The position numbers and the translations under genes are program-made. From assembly GCF_001194135.2 (NCBI RefSeq), contig NC_068994.1, forward strand, positions 47,011,079 through 47,073,020: DNA of 61,942 bases, read 5' to 3'. Positions 40,261-53,558 of the stretch are shown piece after piece. A model generated the notes under the pieces. It saw only the letters and a program-made list of their open reading frames with translations. It had not been told where the DNA came from and did not search any database. Origin of the DNA: Octopus bimaculoides (taxonomy: Eukaryota). The stretch's first letter is position 1. Each line of letters starts with the position of its first letter.

Positions 40261-40732
40261 CAAGGTCTGATCAGTAAGTATCCGGACTGTTGCAATAGTA
40301 ATGAAGCCAAAACACACAGAGTGAAGATGCTTGGTAAGACATCTGTCTGCTGAGTTTGTGCCAAAACTGCTTTCAGCTGACCCAAAAGACACTCAGGTTT
40401 CAGTTGCACATGGTCACCTTGATTGTATCAAGAACAATGAAAACTGGAAACTTTTGAAAACTTTGTGTACGATTCTGAGCAGGTGTCACCAAGCTTTTAG
40501 CAAAATTTGATGCAGATTCTCTGCTCAACTCTCTCTGTCATGGTCAATGCAATGATCACACACTACACGCCTTCCTTCCAAGCACTGCTGTAAACAGTGG
40601 ATGAGAGCTAGAATGTTAAAACTTAGTGCGTATGCACAGCAGAGTTGTAGTTCAGTCTGTGCCAAGCAACCTCACTCTGCATACTTTAGCTTTGTTACTA
40701 TGGCAACAGTCTGGATACTTATTGATCAGACC

Positions 40733-40735
<3 letters not shown>
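40261..40735. mobile_element. Tc1/mariner-type non-autonomous element
   Basis: About 38-bp TIRs, ggtctgatcagtaagtatccggactgttgcaatagtaa and ttactatggcaacagtctggatacttattgatcagacc, with TA flanks. Confidence 0.85.
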
Positions 40736-40763
<28 letters not shown>

Positions 40764-41067
40764 ATGTACATACATGTATATGTATACTGATTCAAAAGTA
40801 AATATACATATATACGCATGTGTGTATGTATATATACTTGTGTATATGCATGTGTATGTATATGTGGTGTGTGTATACATACATACAGGTATATGCTGGG
40901 CCGTCTTAGCAGTATTGTAGGTCCCCAAGCAAATTAGTGTACTGGGCCCTATAGGGTTTATTTATTGACAGAAAGGTAAAGTATACATAAATCAGAATTG
41001 GGTCCCTTGCCATGTGAAGCCCCTGGGCAACTATAACTATCCATATATATATATATATATATATATA

Positions 41068-41515
41068 TCATCATCATCATCATCATCGTTTAACGTCCGC
41101 TTTCCATGCTAGCATGGGTTGGACGATTTGACTGAGGACTGGTGAAACCGGATGGCAACACCAGGCTCCAATCTAATTTGGCAGAGTTTCTACAGCTGGA
41201 TGCCCTTCCTAACGCCAACCACTCAGAGAGTGTAGTGGGTGCTTTTACATGTCACCCGCACAAAAACAGCCACGCTCGAAATGGTGTCTTTTATGTGCCA
41301 CCTGCACAAGCCAGTCCAGGGGCACTGGCAACGATCTCGCTCGAAAATCCTACGGGAGCCAGTCAGGCGGTACTGGCAACGGCCACGCTCAAAATGGTGC
41401 ATCTCATGTGCCACCCGCACAAAAGCCAGTCCAGGGGCACTGGCAACGATCTTACTTGGCTTGCCGGGTCTTCTCACGCACAGCACATTTCCAAAGGTCT
41501 CGGTCAAAAAATGTA
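41068..41515 (-). mobile_element. Young family C retroposon with internal tandem subrepeats
   Basis: (GAT)n tail on the minus strand. About 8 mismatches to the 50655-51089 copy. Confidence 0.9.
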
Positions 41516-43186
41516 AATAGATCCTCTGTTGGTTTTAAGGATGGTTGTTCCAGTTGTTCAATCAATGGACTAACCTCTTACTCTTTGAATTATTATGGGT
41601 TATTATGCAACATACATTGATACCCTTAGCATAATCATCAGGCACAATCAGCACGAGGTACTATGTAACAAGGCTGGCTCTTTAAATTGTAGGTATAGTC
41701 CATGTTGCTGGACTTCACCACTCTCTTCACTCTACCCAGTTTCACTCATAAGGGGTTCAGTTTAAATCAAAGCAATTGTAAAAGATATTTGCCCAAGGTG
41801 TCATGTAGTAGGATTGAACTTGAAGACTTTGTGATTACTAAGCAAACTTCCTAACCACTTGCTCATACCTACACGTGCATATGAATATTCAAGTGAATAC
41901 ACATAGACATGCGCACACTATAACCTGTAGTTGTAAAGAACAATTTCAGATTGGAAACTAAAAATGACAAACTGGTTACAAATACATTTCTGTGCGTACA
42001 TGGACAGACAGACAGACTGACAGGCACATAGGTAGATGAAACAAAAAGTGTAACACCCAAACTTATCACATGTCGTGACAAGCAGATAATGTTCTTTTCT
42101 ACTCTAGGCACAAGGCCCAAAATTTTAGGGGAGGCGGGGCCAGTCGATTACATCAACCCCAATATGTAACTGGTACATAATTTATCGACACCCCTGAGGT
42201 TAGTACTGATTGTGCAGACCTTTGATTAAAATGTGTTCCAACCATGACCATCTCGTCTTTATATATCTAAGGCCATGTTGATAGATGTGTGCTTCCCTTA
42301 TCTAAGGGAAGGATTTTGGCTGATATTTCTAGCAGGCCAAGCAACTACATAGAGAGATTTTCATACACACAGGCTAGCAGCAGTAAGCATGAACAGTGAG
42401 TCAGGCAATGGACAATCAATTGGGTGGTCAATAGTTCATATCCTGTTCCCAGCACTTGGTTCTTATCTGTGGTCAAGATATTCGACTCTCGAATATCGTA
42501 CATCACTTAACTGTTAAGAGATATTGTAAAATTTTACTCCTTGTATAGGTGAAGTCAAATGGCCAGAAGAGTAATCAAAACTGCAGAATTATTTTCAGTG
42601 GGTTAATTTTCCATTGATAGATAATGCCTGGTCAAGGAGGCAGGACAGAGAGCAAGGCAAGGGAGGGAGGAAGAGGAGAGAGAGAGAGAGAGTGCAACAT
42701 ATATCTGAAAACAGACGGATAAAAAGGATCACCTAAGGAAATTTTATCAGTCCTAAAATGACCAGTTCGCTGTCTCTAATATGCAGCTGTGTCTTTGCAT
42801 TCCTTAAGTGGTCAGCTAGTCATGCTGAGACTAATACAACGCCACACAACAACTGACCGTAACACGTACTTAATTAGCCGATGGCAACTGTAGCTAATCC
42901 AACATACAACTCCTGCTTCAAGCACAACTTCATGTCAGATCTCTCTCTCTCTTTTTTCTCTGAATAAACTATTTTCTGTGTGAATGCATGTGTGTCTATG
43001 CATGTCTGCGTTTGTGTGGATGTTTGTTTGTGCATGTGTGTGTGTTCTGATGATATTCAACACATACCCTCCCACACACACACACACACACACATGCATA
43101 TATATGTGTGTGTGAGTGCATATATAGACATGTATATATGTGTGTGTGTGTGCATATATATATACATATAGAAATATACATGTATG

Positions 43187-43227
<41 letters not shown>

Positions 43228-43292
43228 TCATTAANNNNNNNNNNTGTTTAGCATCCATTTTCCATGCCAGCATGGGTTGGACATATATACAT

Positions 43293-43337
<45 letters not shown>

Positions 43338-43590
43338 CACACACACACACATGAATGTGTGTATTTGTGCATTTATAGACACATGCACATACCAGTGTAT
43401 GTGTGTGTTAGAGAGATTAAAGTGACACAGCGATAAATCCCATCCACACCCATTTGTTACGAATATATCTATATTTCTTATGAAAACATTTTTATTTATC
43501 CCTGGTCTTTGAGATATGAATCATCCAAAGTCCATAGTGACATCTCTGTGTTTGCGTGTGTGTCTAGGTTACCGTGACCTTGTGATGTAT

Positions 43591-43660
<70 letters not shown>

Positions 43661-45863
43661 CCATCATCGTCGTCTAGTTGTTGTAGATAGAAAGAAACGG
43701 TCGATCCATATTAGTTAGCATTTAAAATTAGGAAAAGAGAAACGCTGTAATGGAATCCTGCTTTTCTGTCTCTTTTTGATGGCAATTCTAAAAGTTACAA
43801 TAAATGTAAGTTTTCGAAAATAATCCTGACCAAATTTAACTGTTGTACTTTTGGTGGCAGTTTCATATTATCTGAATCTCCTTGATTACGTTTTTAATTA
43901 TTCTTAACTTTGTATTCGAACTTGGTTCATATTTAGCTACTAGAATCTTGAAAATGATTTTTTTTTTTTTAATGTTTGTGGTTATTCTAAATTATAAGTT
44001 CTTGATGAGATTCAGCCTCCACATTTTGTTTTTGTTATACAGTGTCTGAATGTTCTTCATTGTGTGTCACATTTTGGTTCATATCATTGGTTTTTGGTTA
44101 ATCATATCATAAGAAAGGATTCTTCTCCTCCATTTCCTTGTATGTGATTTGGAGACATTTCTAAATAAATTTCTAATCAGATTTCTTTCCCTGATCTTAG
44201 CTGTACACTGTCTGTCACCAGTGACCAAGGCATATACCTCCCAAATGTCCCACACACACGTACCTGTTCAATCTACTTTGTGAACTGTTATCATGTATTA
44301 GGAAGTACTTGCTATTACAAACTATGAAACTCATAAGGGTTTCTTTGGGGTGTCCTTCCTGAGTAAGAAACTCATGGGGCTGGTTTGCATGGTGTATGTA
44401 TACCCCATCTGGACGGGAAACTGGTCCATCGCAGAATTACTTATTTTTGCCAGCTGAGTGGATTGGAGTAACGTGAAATGAAGTGTTTTGCTCAAGAACA
44501 CAATACATCACCCGGTCCAGGAATTGAAACCACACTCTTATGATCATGAGTCTAACACCTTAATTACTAAACCATACACTTCAACTCCTTTAAGGTGTAT
44601 TATTGCTTAATTCTACCCCTCCCCACAACACTTTTTGGGCTGGTTTGTGTTGTATGGTGCGTGGCCTGATGCACACTTCATATAAACCCTTAACTGATTA
44701 CTAACTGTTGCTTCATATCAAGCTACCACAGTAACAGTGAGGGTGTTATTGTTTTATTTCATCTTTTGTTTCAGTGGTGATTCTGAATTATAAATTACTG
44801 ATCAAATTCAGAACCCCACTCTTCCTACTGCCTGAATATTAATTATGCATTACATTTTGGTTTATATTTGGTTATTAGAATCGATTTCAAAGTGATTGAC
44901 CCATTTATTTTAAAGCATATCCTATCGGCAGTATGAGTGCCATGGCATTGTGTGGAAGTTTCTGGACAAGCCAATTCTGCGATAAAGATTAGACACCAAG
45001 TTTAGACATATCATTTCACTTCACTTCACATACCTGCACTGTTCTGATGCCTATAGCCTGGAGAGAATCTCTGTACAAAATACAGAATTGCTATTGTTCT
45101 CTCAATATACTGTTAAATGTTATGTACAAGATAGTAATATTGTAACCTTTAGTTGTTGTTTTTGTTGTCTGATATTGTCTTATGTTTGTGATATAGAGTA
45201 ATGCCTATTAACACCATAGTTAAGTTTGTGGTTAAACTATAATGTAATATGTAATGTATATTGTAATATTGTAGTTAGGTCAGTGGCTATAATGTGATTC
45301 ATGAAAATAGATTCAATGAAGCTGTGAGATTTCTCATGGCACAATTCAAGACATATTAAATAAATTTTGTGGCACAAAATCACTCTAGACTAATGTCTCT
45401 TGCCTACAGTGATACAGTGATGACATGTTCTGTATAAGGAGACAGAAAGACGCCATCACCAAAGACCTAATTATTTCACATTGTGGGGCATTTTGATTTC
45501 ATTGTTACAATTATTAAAAATTACTATAAAATATTTCTTAACTTCATTGCATTTCAATCAGTTCTTCACTCTTTGAGCATCTTTAGATGCCATATTCTTC
45601 CTATGATCTCTCTCTCTCTCTCTCAATGTACATATTGAGAGAAAGAGAGACTTAGCTCGCTTATATATATGTAATAGACAGATATTAAATGCATATATCA
45701 TACAGATCTGTATATATATGTATGCATATATAAGTATATAAATGTTTATATGTATGATGGATAGATATTAAATGCCTATATCATATATATTTTTATGTAT
45801 ATATAAGTATATAAAATTTTTATACATACATATATGTGTGTGTATGTAAGTATATAAATGCTT

Positions 45864-45945
<82 letters not shown>

Positions 45946-46549
45946 TACTCTATCACTTGTGACAATGAGGGTTCCAGTTGATATGATCAACAGCCTGCTC
46001 ATGTAATTTACATGTAAGTGGCTGATCTCTCCACAGACACACGTACCCTTAATGTATTTCTCAGGGAGAGTCAGCATGACACACAATATCACAAAGCTGG
46101 CCCTTTGAAATACAAGTATTTCTCATTTTGTGTGTATATGTAGGCATGTGTGTGTGTGTGTTGTATAAATAACTATCTTAGAAACTGCTTTCTTCCTGGA
46201 ATATAAAACCTGAAAGTGGTCAGTGTGTTGAGTATCCTTAATGATGTTGCCAAACAGCAATGCAGCAAGGTTATCAATGCAATGTCTGTCAGCACCAGCT
46301 TGTATCCTTCTGTTTCCCATAAGGAATATTACAATATTATAGATTAGATATCATTAATATTACAGTAGCAAAAAATATATAGTGCAATATTTTGATTACA
46401 TTCTTTAATGTTACAGACACCAAAATTTGAGCACAGGTCCTGTAGGAACCTTGTCATTCAAAAGGTCACGGGAACAGGAATAGAAGAACACTGCAAGTGA
46501 AGAGATGTCAAACCTCTCAGCCAAGCAGAAACACAGTACTGTTGTATAA

Positions 46550-46585
<36 letters not shown>

Positions 46586-46628
46586 ACACATATATACATG
46601 CACATATATATATACATATATACATATG

Positions 46629-46676
<48 letters not shown>

Positions 46677-46695
46677 CGCACACACACATATATAT

Positions 46696-47054
46696 AGGCG
46701 CAGGAGTGGCTTTGTGGTAAATAGCTTGCTTACCAACCACATGGTTCCGGGTTCAGTCCCACTGCGTGGCACCTTGGGCAAGTGTCTTCTACTATAGCCT
46801 CGGGCCAACCAAAGCCTTGTGAGTGGATTTGGTAGATGGAAACTGAAAGAAGCCTGTCGCATGTATGTGTGTGTGTGTGCTCCCAACATCACTTGACAAC
46901 CGATGCTGGTGTGTTTACATCCCCTGCAAAAGAGACCGATAGAATAAGTACTAGGCTTCCAAAGAATAAGTCCTGGGATCGATTTGCTCGACTAAAGGCG
47001 GTGCTCCAGCATGGCCACAGTCAAAATGGCTGAAACAAGTAAAAGAATAAAAGA
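46696..47054 (+). mobile_element. SINE family A
   Basis: Full head and tail, with ATATATATAGGC on both sides. Confidence 0.88.
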
Positions 47055-47797
47055 ATATATATATAGGCATGGCAGGTGAAACCAACTGAAGGTGGCCATG
47101 GTTAACAAGAGACCACAAATGGAGCCCTTCTACAGGCAAAGACTAATTCAGTCCTTGCTACTTGCCCCCACTTTAGGTGAAGCATGCAGGTTAAGGTGTG
47201 AAATGCTTCAGAACCTGTGTTGCCTGCTGACGATACATAGGATTTCCAACATTGCAATGGATTCAGAAAGAAGCTTGCGATACCTCTGAATGGCTTCAGT
47301 AGTTTCTGTTTGGAACAAAGAGCTTCTGATGTGTTACTTCCTCACTTATGCACAAGAAAATGGGGCTTCTTTTCTCTGTGTATAAAATTTGGGGAGAAAC
47401 CTCAAACCCCACTGTCCAGCATCTCCTGTTGTTTTGTTCCAAAGTCTACATCACTCCATATTCCTCTGAAGCATTATAAGTTCTGAGTTCAAATGCTTCT
47501 GCGTTTAAATTTAATCTGGTAAGGATGGGAGAGGCAGCAGAAAGAGCCAGTTGCTGGGTTATGGAGCAAGAGAGATGAGTTAAGCAGGAAACCGGGAGGA
47601 GATGACGATGAACAGTGACATGGCCACCTCTGCTGATCAACCAACAGGAGAGTGCTACAGTTCAGGGTTGAAACACCTGATGAACATTGGATACTCTCTA
47701 ATGACATCAGTTCTTTCTTGCCACAACTCCATTCAGTTTGGTGAGTGGAAAAGAAATACCTTCTTCTAAGTGTTATCAATAACATAATATAACATAC

Positions 47798-47834
<37 letters not shown>

Positions 47835-49893
47835 CACATGCACACATGCACACAAATACATACGTATGCTCACACATACAGGAGTAAAGATACCCGGTGA
47901 CTATTGGATGATCAAGCTGATCTAAATGTTGCATAGATGTAAAATAAACAAAAGAAAATATCTCCAGTGATGGGGTTAATAGCCTGAAAAATTATCTAAT
48001 ATCATACTAAACTGTTTTCCCATGAGACAAATCTTTTTAATCTCTCTCTCTCTCTCTCTATGTATATATACATGCATGCATACATACATACATANNNNNN
48101 NNNNNNNNNNNNNNNNNNNNNNNNNNNNNNNNNNNNNNNNNNNNNNNNNNNNNNNNNNNNNNNNNNNNNNNNNNNNNNNNNNNNNNNNNNNNNNNNNNNN
48201 NNNNNNNNNNNNNNNNNNNNNNNNNNNNNNNNNNNNNNNNNNNNNNNNNNNNNNNNNNTATATATATATATATATTTATATACACATATATATATATAGA
48301 TATATATACATATACACACACACACACACACATACACACACACACACACACACACATATATACACACACACACACACATTATCTCTCTTCCAATTGCTTC
48401 TATTTAGCTTTTATTTGTGGAGTAGTAATGGGTGGGGAGGGTTTTTTTTTTTTAGAGTTATCTTTGTTTTTGTTTAATATTTCATAAATGGCCATTGGTA
48501 GATTATATTACTGTCATCATCATCTTTATTATTTTCATCATCATCATCATCATCGTCGTTATTATGGAGTGGTAGAACCATTAGAGCATAAGAAAAACAC
48601 TTTGCAGTATTTATTCTCACTTTTTACGTTCTGAGTTCAAATTGTGTTGAGGTCAACTTTGTCTGTCTTCCCTCAGGGTTCCAGCAATTATTATTATTAT
48701 TAGTAGTAGTAGTATTTTAGGGGCAAGCGAAAGCGAAATCGTGATGGTACCTGTACCAGTAGATCACTAAGAGCACCGTCCGAGCGTGATCGTTGCCAGA
48801 GCACCAGCTGTCTAGCTTCCGTGCTGGTGGCATGTCAATAGCACCATTTGAGCTTGATCGTTACCAACGTCGCCTTCCTGGCACTTTGAAAGTGCAGAAC
48901 AACTGGGCATAATGTCAGCAAAATATGTAAATGTAAACATATCCCCATTTCACTCAATCAGTGACAAATACACACATACACACACACAGGTTTTTATGCA
49001 GTTCCCACCCACCCAATTCACTGACATGGTGCTTTACTAGAGTAGACATGGTGCTTGAGCTAGAGTAGACAACACGTGTCCAAGGTACTACAAAATGGTT
49101 GTAAAGTGTTCTTAACTATATAGCTGTGTGTGTAGTAGGCAAGGAGTACAAAAAGAAGATAATGTGGAAGAGATGGGTTTTAATAAATGTTCTATTAGTT
49201 TAATGCTTAAAAAGAAGCAAAAGAGTTTTGATGTTTTGGACTCTAGTCCTTCATCAGAAAAGGTGATGGGGGAAAAAAACAAAAAGAATAAGAAAAGGTG
49301 GTTGGATAGAAAAAGAGGAAAGACAGTGGTTAGGAGCCAGGTAGGAATACAGTTCTATGGGGAGGGGAGTTTGGGAGGGAGAAGGAAGTGTGTGAGGTGG
49401 GCATGTATAGGAGGGTATCCATGTATAGAGATAAGTGTGTGTGCATGTATATACATTCTTTTGCAGCTAAGATCTAGAAGCCAGAAACAGTATGATAAAT
49501 TGCTTCTTTATAACTTTCATTTATTCTGCAATTACCTTGGCATATTCTTCCTACATTCTATGTTTTAGTTGGTTTCTGATGAGAAGGCTTTGGTCTTGTG
49601 TCATACGAGTAAAATAAAATCATACTTTGTTTAATCTTTTTGATCATGTTGGGGCTCTTCTTAACAATATACTTTGTAATCCGCTTTTTAGTTTTTTTTG
49701 TTTTGAGTTTTTTTTTTTTTTTTCTATTTAAATGATTCTCACCATCTTTCCTACAAATGTCTGTTATTTCAGTCTCTTATATAAGATTACTTGGAGACTC
49801 AAAGCATGTTAGATAAATCTGTCTAATATCAATGTCTCTATGGCAAAAGACTATTAGCTCTTATTTTGAATATTGCGTACATGAAATGATATA

Positions 49894-50406
49894 TTGGGTT
49901 ATCCCATAAACAGTGTAGTTCTTTAATAATTGCATGAACTAAAAGTCAGAGGGGGACAGGATAAACTACCTGCTTCAACTTGCTGTAAAAGCAGGTAGTA
50001 ATTTTACCTTGTGCTTATTCTTAGTGCAAGTTTTGAAGAGTGCAGTTTGATTTTAACAGTTATTTTTTCAAAGCTATAATGGAAATGACAAAGGAGCATA
50101 TTCAGCATATTTTGCTTTATGAATTCAATAATTTATGAATTCAATAAAGGTAACAACGCAACGGATGGTGCGAGGAATATTACTGCAGTATATGAGGATC
50201 AGACAATAAGTGTAAGCCAGTGTCAACAGTGGTTCCAGAAATTCTGAGCTGGAAACCACAGCCTAGAAGATGAGCCTCATCCTAGAAGACCCGTAGAGCT
50301 CAACAAGGACATAGTGCAAGCCCTAGTGGAACAAAATCCCATTGTAACTGTTGAGGAACTAGCAGAGAAGCTTGGATTTGGTCATTCAACCAGTCATCGA
50401 CACCTA
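49894..50406 (+). mobile_element. Decayed mariner transposon 5' end (TIR plus transposase HTH)
   Basis: TA|ttgggttatcccataaa end. From 50079 reads MEMTKEHIQHILLYEFN/KGNNATDGARNITAVYEDQTISVSQCQQWFQKF*AGNHSLEDEPHPRRPVELNKDIVQALVEQNPIVTVEELAEKLGFGHSTSHRHL, which is Mos1/Hsmar1-like. Broken by a 16-nt tandem duplication (50116-50147) and a stop. Confidence 0.92.
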
Positions 50407-50595
50407 CCATCAGAAAAGTCAGTGGTTTCCTCACAGGTGACACATTCGCAAGGTGCCATGCAGTTAGTTTGAACCTGAAATCACTTGGTTTGGGAGGAAA
50501 CTTCTTAATCACACAGCTACTTCTTTGAAACCATAAAACCATAAAATTGTTTTTTTTTTCTCAGTTTTATACATACATGTATGTGTGTGTGTGCG

Positions 50596-50654
<59 letters not shown>

Positions 50655-51089
50655 GAGACCTTTGGAAATGTGCTGTGCGTGAGAAGACCCGGCAAGCCAA
50701 GTAAGATCGTTGCCAGTGCCCCTGGACTGGTTCTTGTGCGGGTGGCACATGAGATGCACCATTTTGAGCGTGGCCGTTGCCAGTACCGCCTGACTGGCTC
50801 CCGTAGGATTTTCGAGCGAGATTGTTGCCAGTGCCCCTGGACTGGCTTGTGCGGGTGGCACATAAAAGACACCATTTCGAGCGTGGCCGTTTTCGTGCGG
50901 GTGACACGTAAAAGCACCCACTACACTCTCTGAGTGGTTGGCGTTAGGAAGGGCATCCAGCTGTAGAAACTCTGCCAAATTAGACTGGAGCCTGGTGTTG
51001 CCATCCGGTTTCACCAGTCCTCAGTCAAATCGTCCAACCCATGCTAGCATGGAAAGCGGACGTTAAACGATGATGATGATGATGATGAT
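50655..51089 (+). mobile_element. Young family C retroposon inserted in (TA)n
   Basis: Ends catgctagcatggaaagcggacgttaaac(gat)n. Inverted relative to the 41068 copy. Confidence 0.9.
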
Positions 51090-51756
51090 ATATATATATT
51101 CATGTTTTGTAGCTATTATATTAGTTTCCTTTGTAGTCCCTGGACAGATAGTTTTGTAATAATTTTTCTTGTTGCTGAAAATTTCTCTGTATTTGGTGCA
51201 AATTCAATCTTTCTGTTTGATCTGGAATGATGAAATTCTAAATGCAGTTATTATTTTTCTTGTTTTCCCATCTTGTCTTTCTAAGTCGACTTTCAGCTGA
51301 GGATATTATAAGTTCAGTGCATTATTGAAACCTGTCGACTACCGATACCTATTACTTAAACGTCTAGCTTTGAAGTGTTACCCTAAGTATTTATTAATAC
51401 TATTATAGACGTCACACAGTATACAATATCATGAGGTTGTCGATTGAAGATATTGTGTCTTCCGGGGTTTTGTACTGTTTGTCATGTCACAACAAGAACC
51501 TCAGACAGACAGTACTTTACGCAATACGTGTACCGTTCCAAGTAATGCTGACTTTTGCAATGCTTCTAGATTGTAGAGTATTTCTAAGGTTTTCAGATTT
51601 TTTTTTTCAGATTAGGTGGTATTGCACCCAATGCTCCGATGACAATAGGGATAAACTTTATATTCGACTCTCGTAGCTGCCACATCTTAGCAATCACAAT
51701 TTTCAGGCCTCCATATATCATCATTATTGTTATTATTATTATTATTATTATTATTA

Positions 51757-51955
51757 GAGTGGCAAGCTGGTAGGAATGTCAATATGCCAGGTAAAATGCT
51801 TAGCAAGCATTTCATCTGTTTTCACATTCTGGGTTCAAATTCCACCAAGACCAACATAGCCTTTCATCGCTTCAGGATTGATAAAAATAAGTACCAGATG
51901 TAATCAACTAGTCCTCTCCCCCAAAATTTCAGGCCTTGTGCCTTTAGTAGAAAAG

Positions 51956-51992
<37 letters not shown>

Positions 51993-52189
51993 GGGTGGCG
52001 AGCTGTCAGGAATGTTAATACACTGGGTGAAATGCTTAGTGGTATTTTGTCCATCTTCATGTTCAGGGTTCAAATTTAGCCTTTCATCCTTTCAGGGTCG
52101 ATAAACTAAGTACCACTTGAACACTGGGGGTCAATGTAATCAACTTAACCCCCTCCCACAAAATTGCTGGTTTTGTGCCAAAATTTGAA
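51757..52189 (+). mobile_element. Two tandem degenerate SINE family B copies separated by (ATT)n
   Basis: Heads at about 51757 and 51993, with different 3' tails. Confidence 0.75.
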
Positions 52190-52226
<37 letters not shown>

Positions 52227-52228
<2 letters not shown>

Positions 52229-52888
52229 TTATGTTTGACTTTTGCTTTGCATTTGTATAAGTTGGATCCAAGTCTCACCCAGAGACCTCAAGAGACAACA
52301 AGTTAGAAGTCCATGTAGGTGTTATGCCTAGGGTACCATATATTTGGATTTGTACATAGTGTTGTTCTAGAGAATGTTTAAGAAACCACAAGAAAATTAT
52401 GTGTTTGTTTTAAAATTTGAGATCACATAGACAGTATTTTACGTAGGATATGGGCAGTTCCCATGAGCACTATCTTTTGAACTTCAGCCATTTTGGGGTT
52501 TCATGGTATCTGAGCTAGGTAGTAATCAGCCCGTTTCGCTGTCATTCCCAGGGCACCACTTGCCAAGACATACCCAGTGTCCTGGAGCAAGTGAAGGATA
52601 AGAGATGTTACAGTATGACTGAAAGCTTGGGGAGGGGAAGTAGCAAGGGCAGTAGTGAAATATCTTCATGTAATACAATACATACACTTAAACTGATAGG
52701 GTTTTTCTAAGGATGTGGGCAGTACTTTTCATTACAATCTTTTGGATTTCTCTGAGACATGGTTCACCTGGGATATTATCTAAATGTTTCTGACATCCTT
52801 TTTTTATCATACCTATGGCACCTACAATAACAGGGACAGTTCTCGTTTTAAGATGCCACATCTTTTGTATTTCAATTTCCAGGTCCTT
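52227..52888 (-). mobile_element. 5'-truncated R4/Dong-like non-LTR retrotransposon (RLE C-terminus plus 3'UTR)
   Basis: Minus frame KDLEIEIQKMWHLKTRTVPVIVGAIGMIKKGCQKHLDNIPGEPCLREIQKIVMKSTAHILRKTLSV* resembles the C-terminus after the restriction-like endonuclease of R4-clade elements. (TAA)n on both sides. Confidence 0.78.
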
Positions 52889-53023
52889 ATTATTATTTTT
52901 ATTATTATTATTATTTTTATCATTATTATTATTACTTTTATCATTATTATTATTATTATTACTATCATCATCATCATCATCATCATTGTTATTTTTTTCC
53001 ACATTGTTTTTATATATGCACAG

Positions 53024-53326
53024 GTCAGGGGTCGCCCACCCCTCAGGCTACTGTGCAACACCAGCAGCAGCAGCAGCAAAAGGGTGGTGGCAGTGGTGGT
53101 GGCGTCGTGCCCTCGGTTCTGACAGGGGGCGCTGGTGCAGCAAGTGCTGGGGCAGCGGGCATGCCGGGTCCTACACTGCAGCAACTCTCCCTACCTTCTC
53201 CGCCCCACCACCACCAACAACAAGCACATCAACAACAACAACAACAACAGCAGCAACAGCAGCAGCAGCAGCCCGTCTCCTCACCCACAGTACAGACTGC
53301 GGCCGGACATGATTTGAACCGACCTA
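53024..53326 (+). CDS. SMAD4: SMAD4 low-complexity linker exon (Q6, G-rich, H3, Q14)
   Basis: Acceptor gcacag| and donor A|GTGAGT. 303 nt, phase 1-1, continues the frame: GQGSPTPQATVQHQQQQQQKGGGSGGGVVPS...QQQQPVSSPTVQTAAGHDLNRP. High GC/CpG and mixed CAA/CAG codons are typical of coding polyQ. Confidence 0.8.
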
Positions 53327-53526
53327 GTGAGTCCTTCCAGCCCCGTCATAATCACCTTCACCACCACCATCATCATCATCATCATCTTCATCATCATCAT
53401 CATCTGCTATATAGATACACATAATCCATGGACGCATGCATGTGCTAGTGTGCATACGTGTTTGTGTGTGTGTGTGTATGTATGTGCATATATGTGTGTG
53501 TGGGTGTATATGTGTGTGTGTATATG

Positions 53527-53558
<32 letters not shown>

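Noticed and set aside
41142-41620. Multiple overlapping 90-165 aa ORFs here and at 50509-51014
   Set aside because: They are open frames of a young GC-rich repeat present in two copies, with no protein homology recognised.
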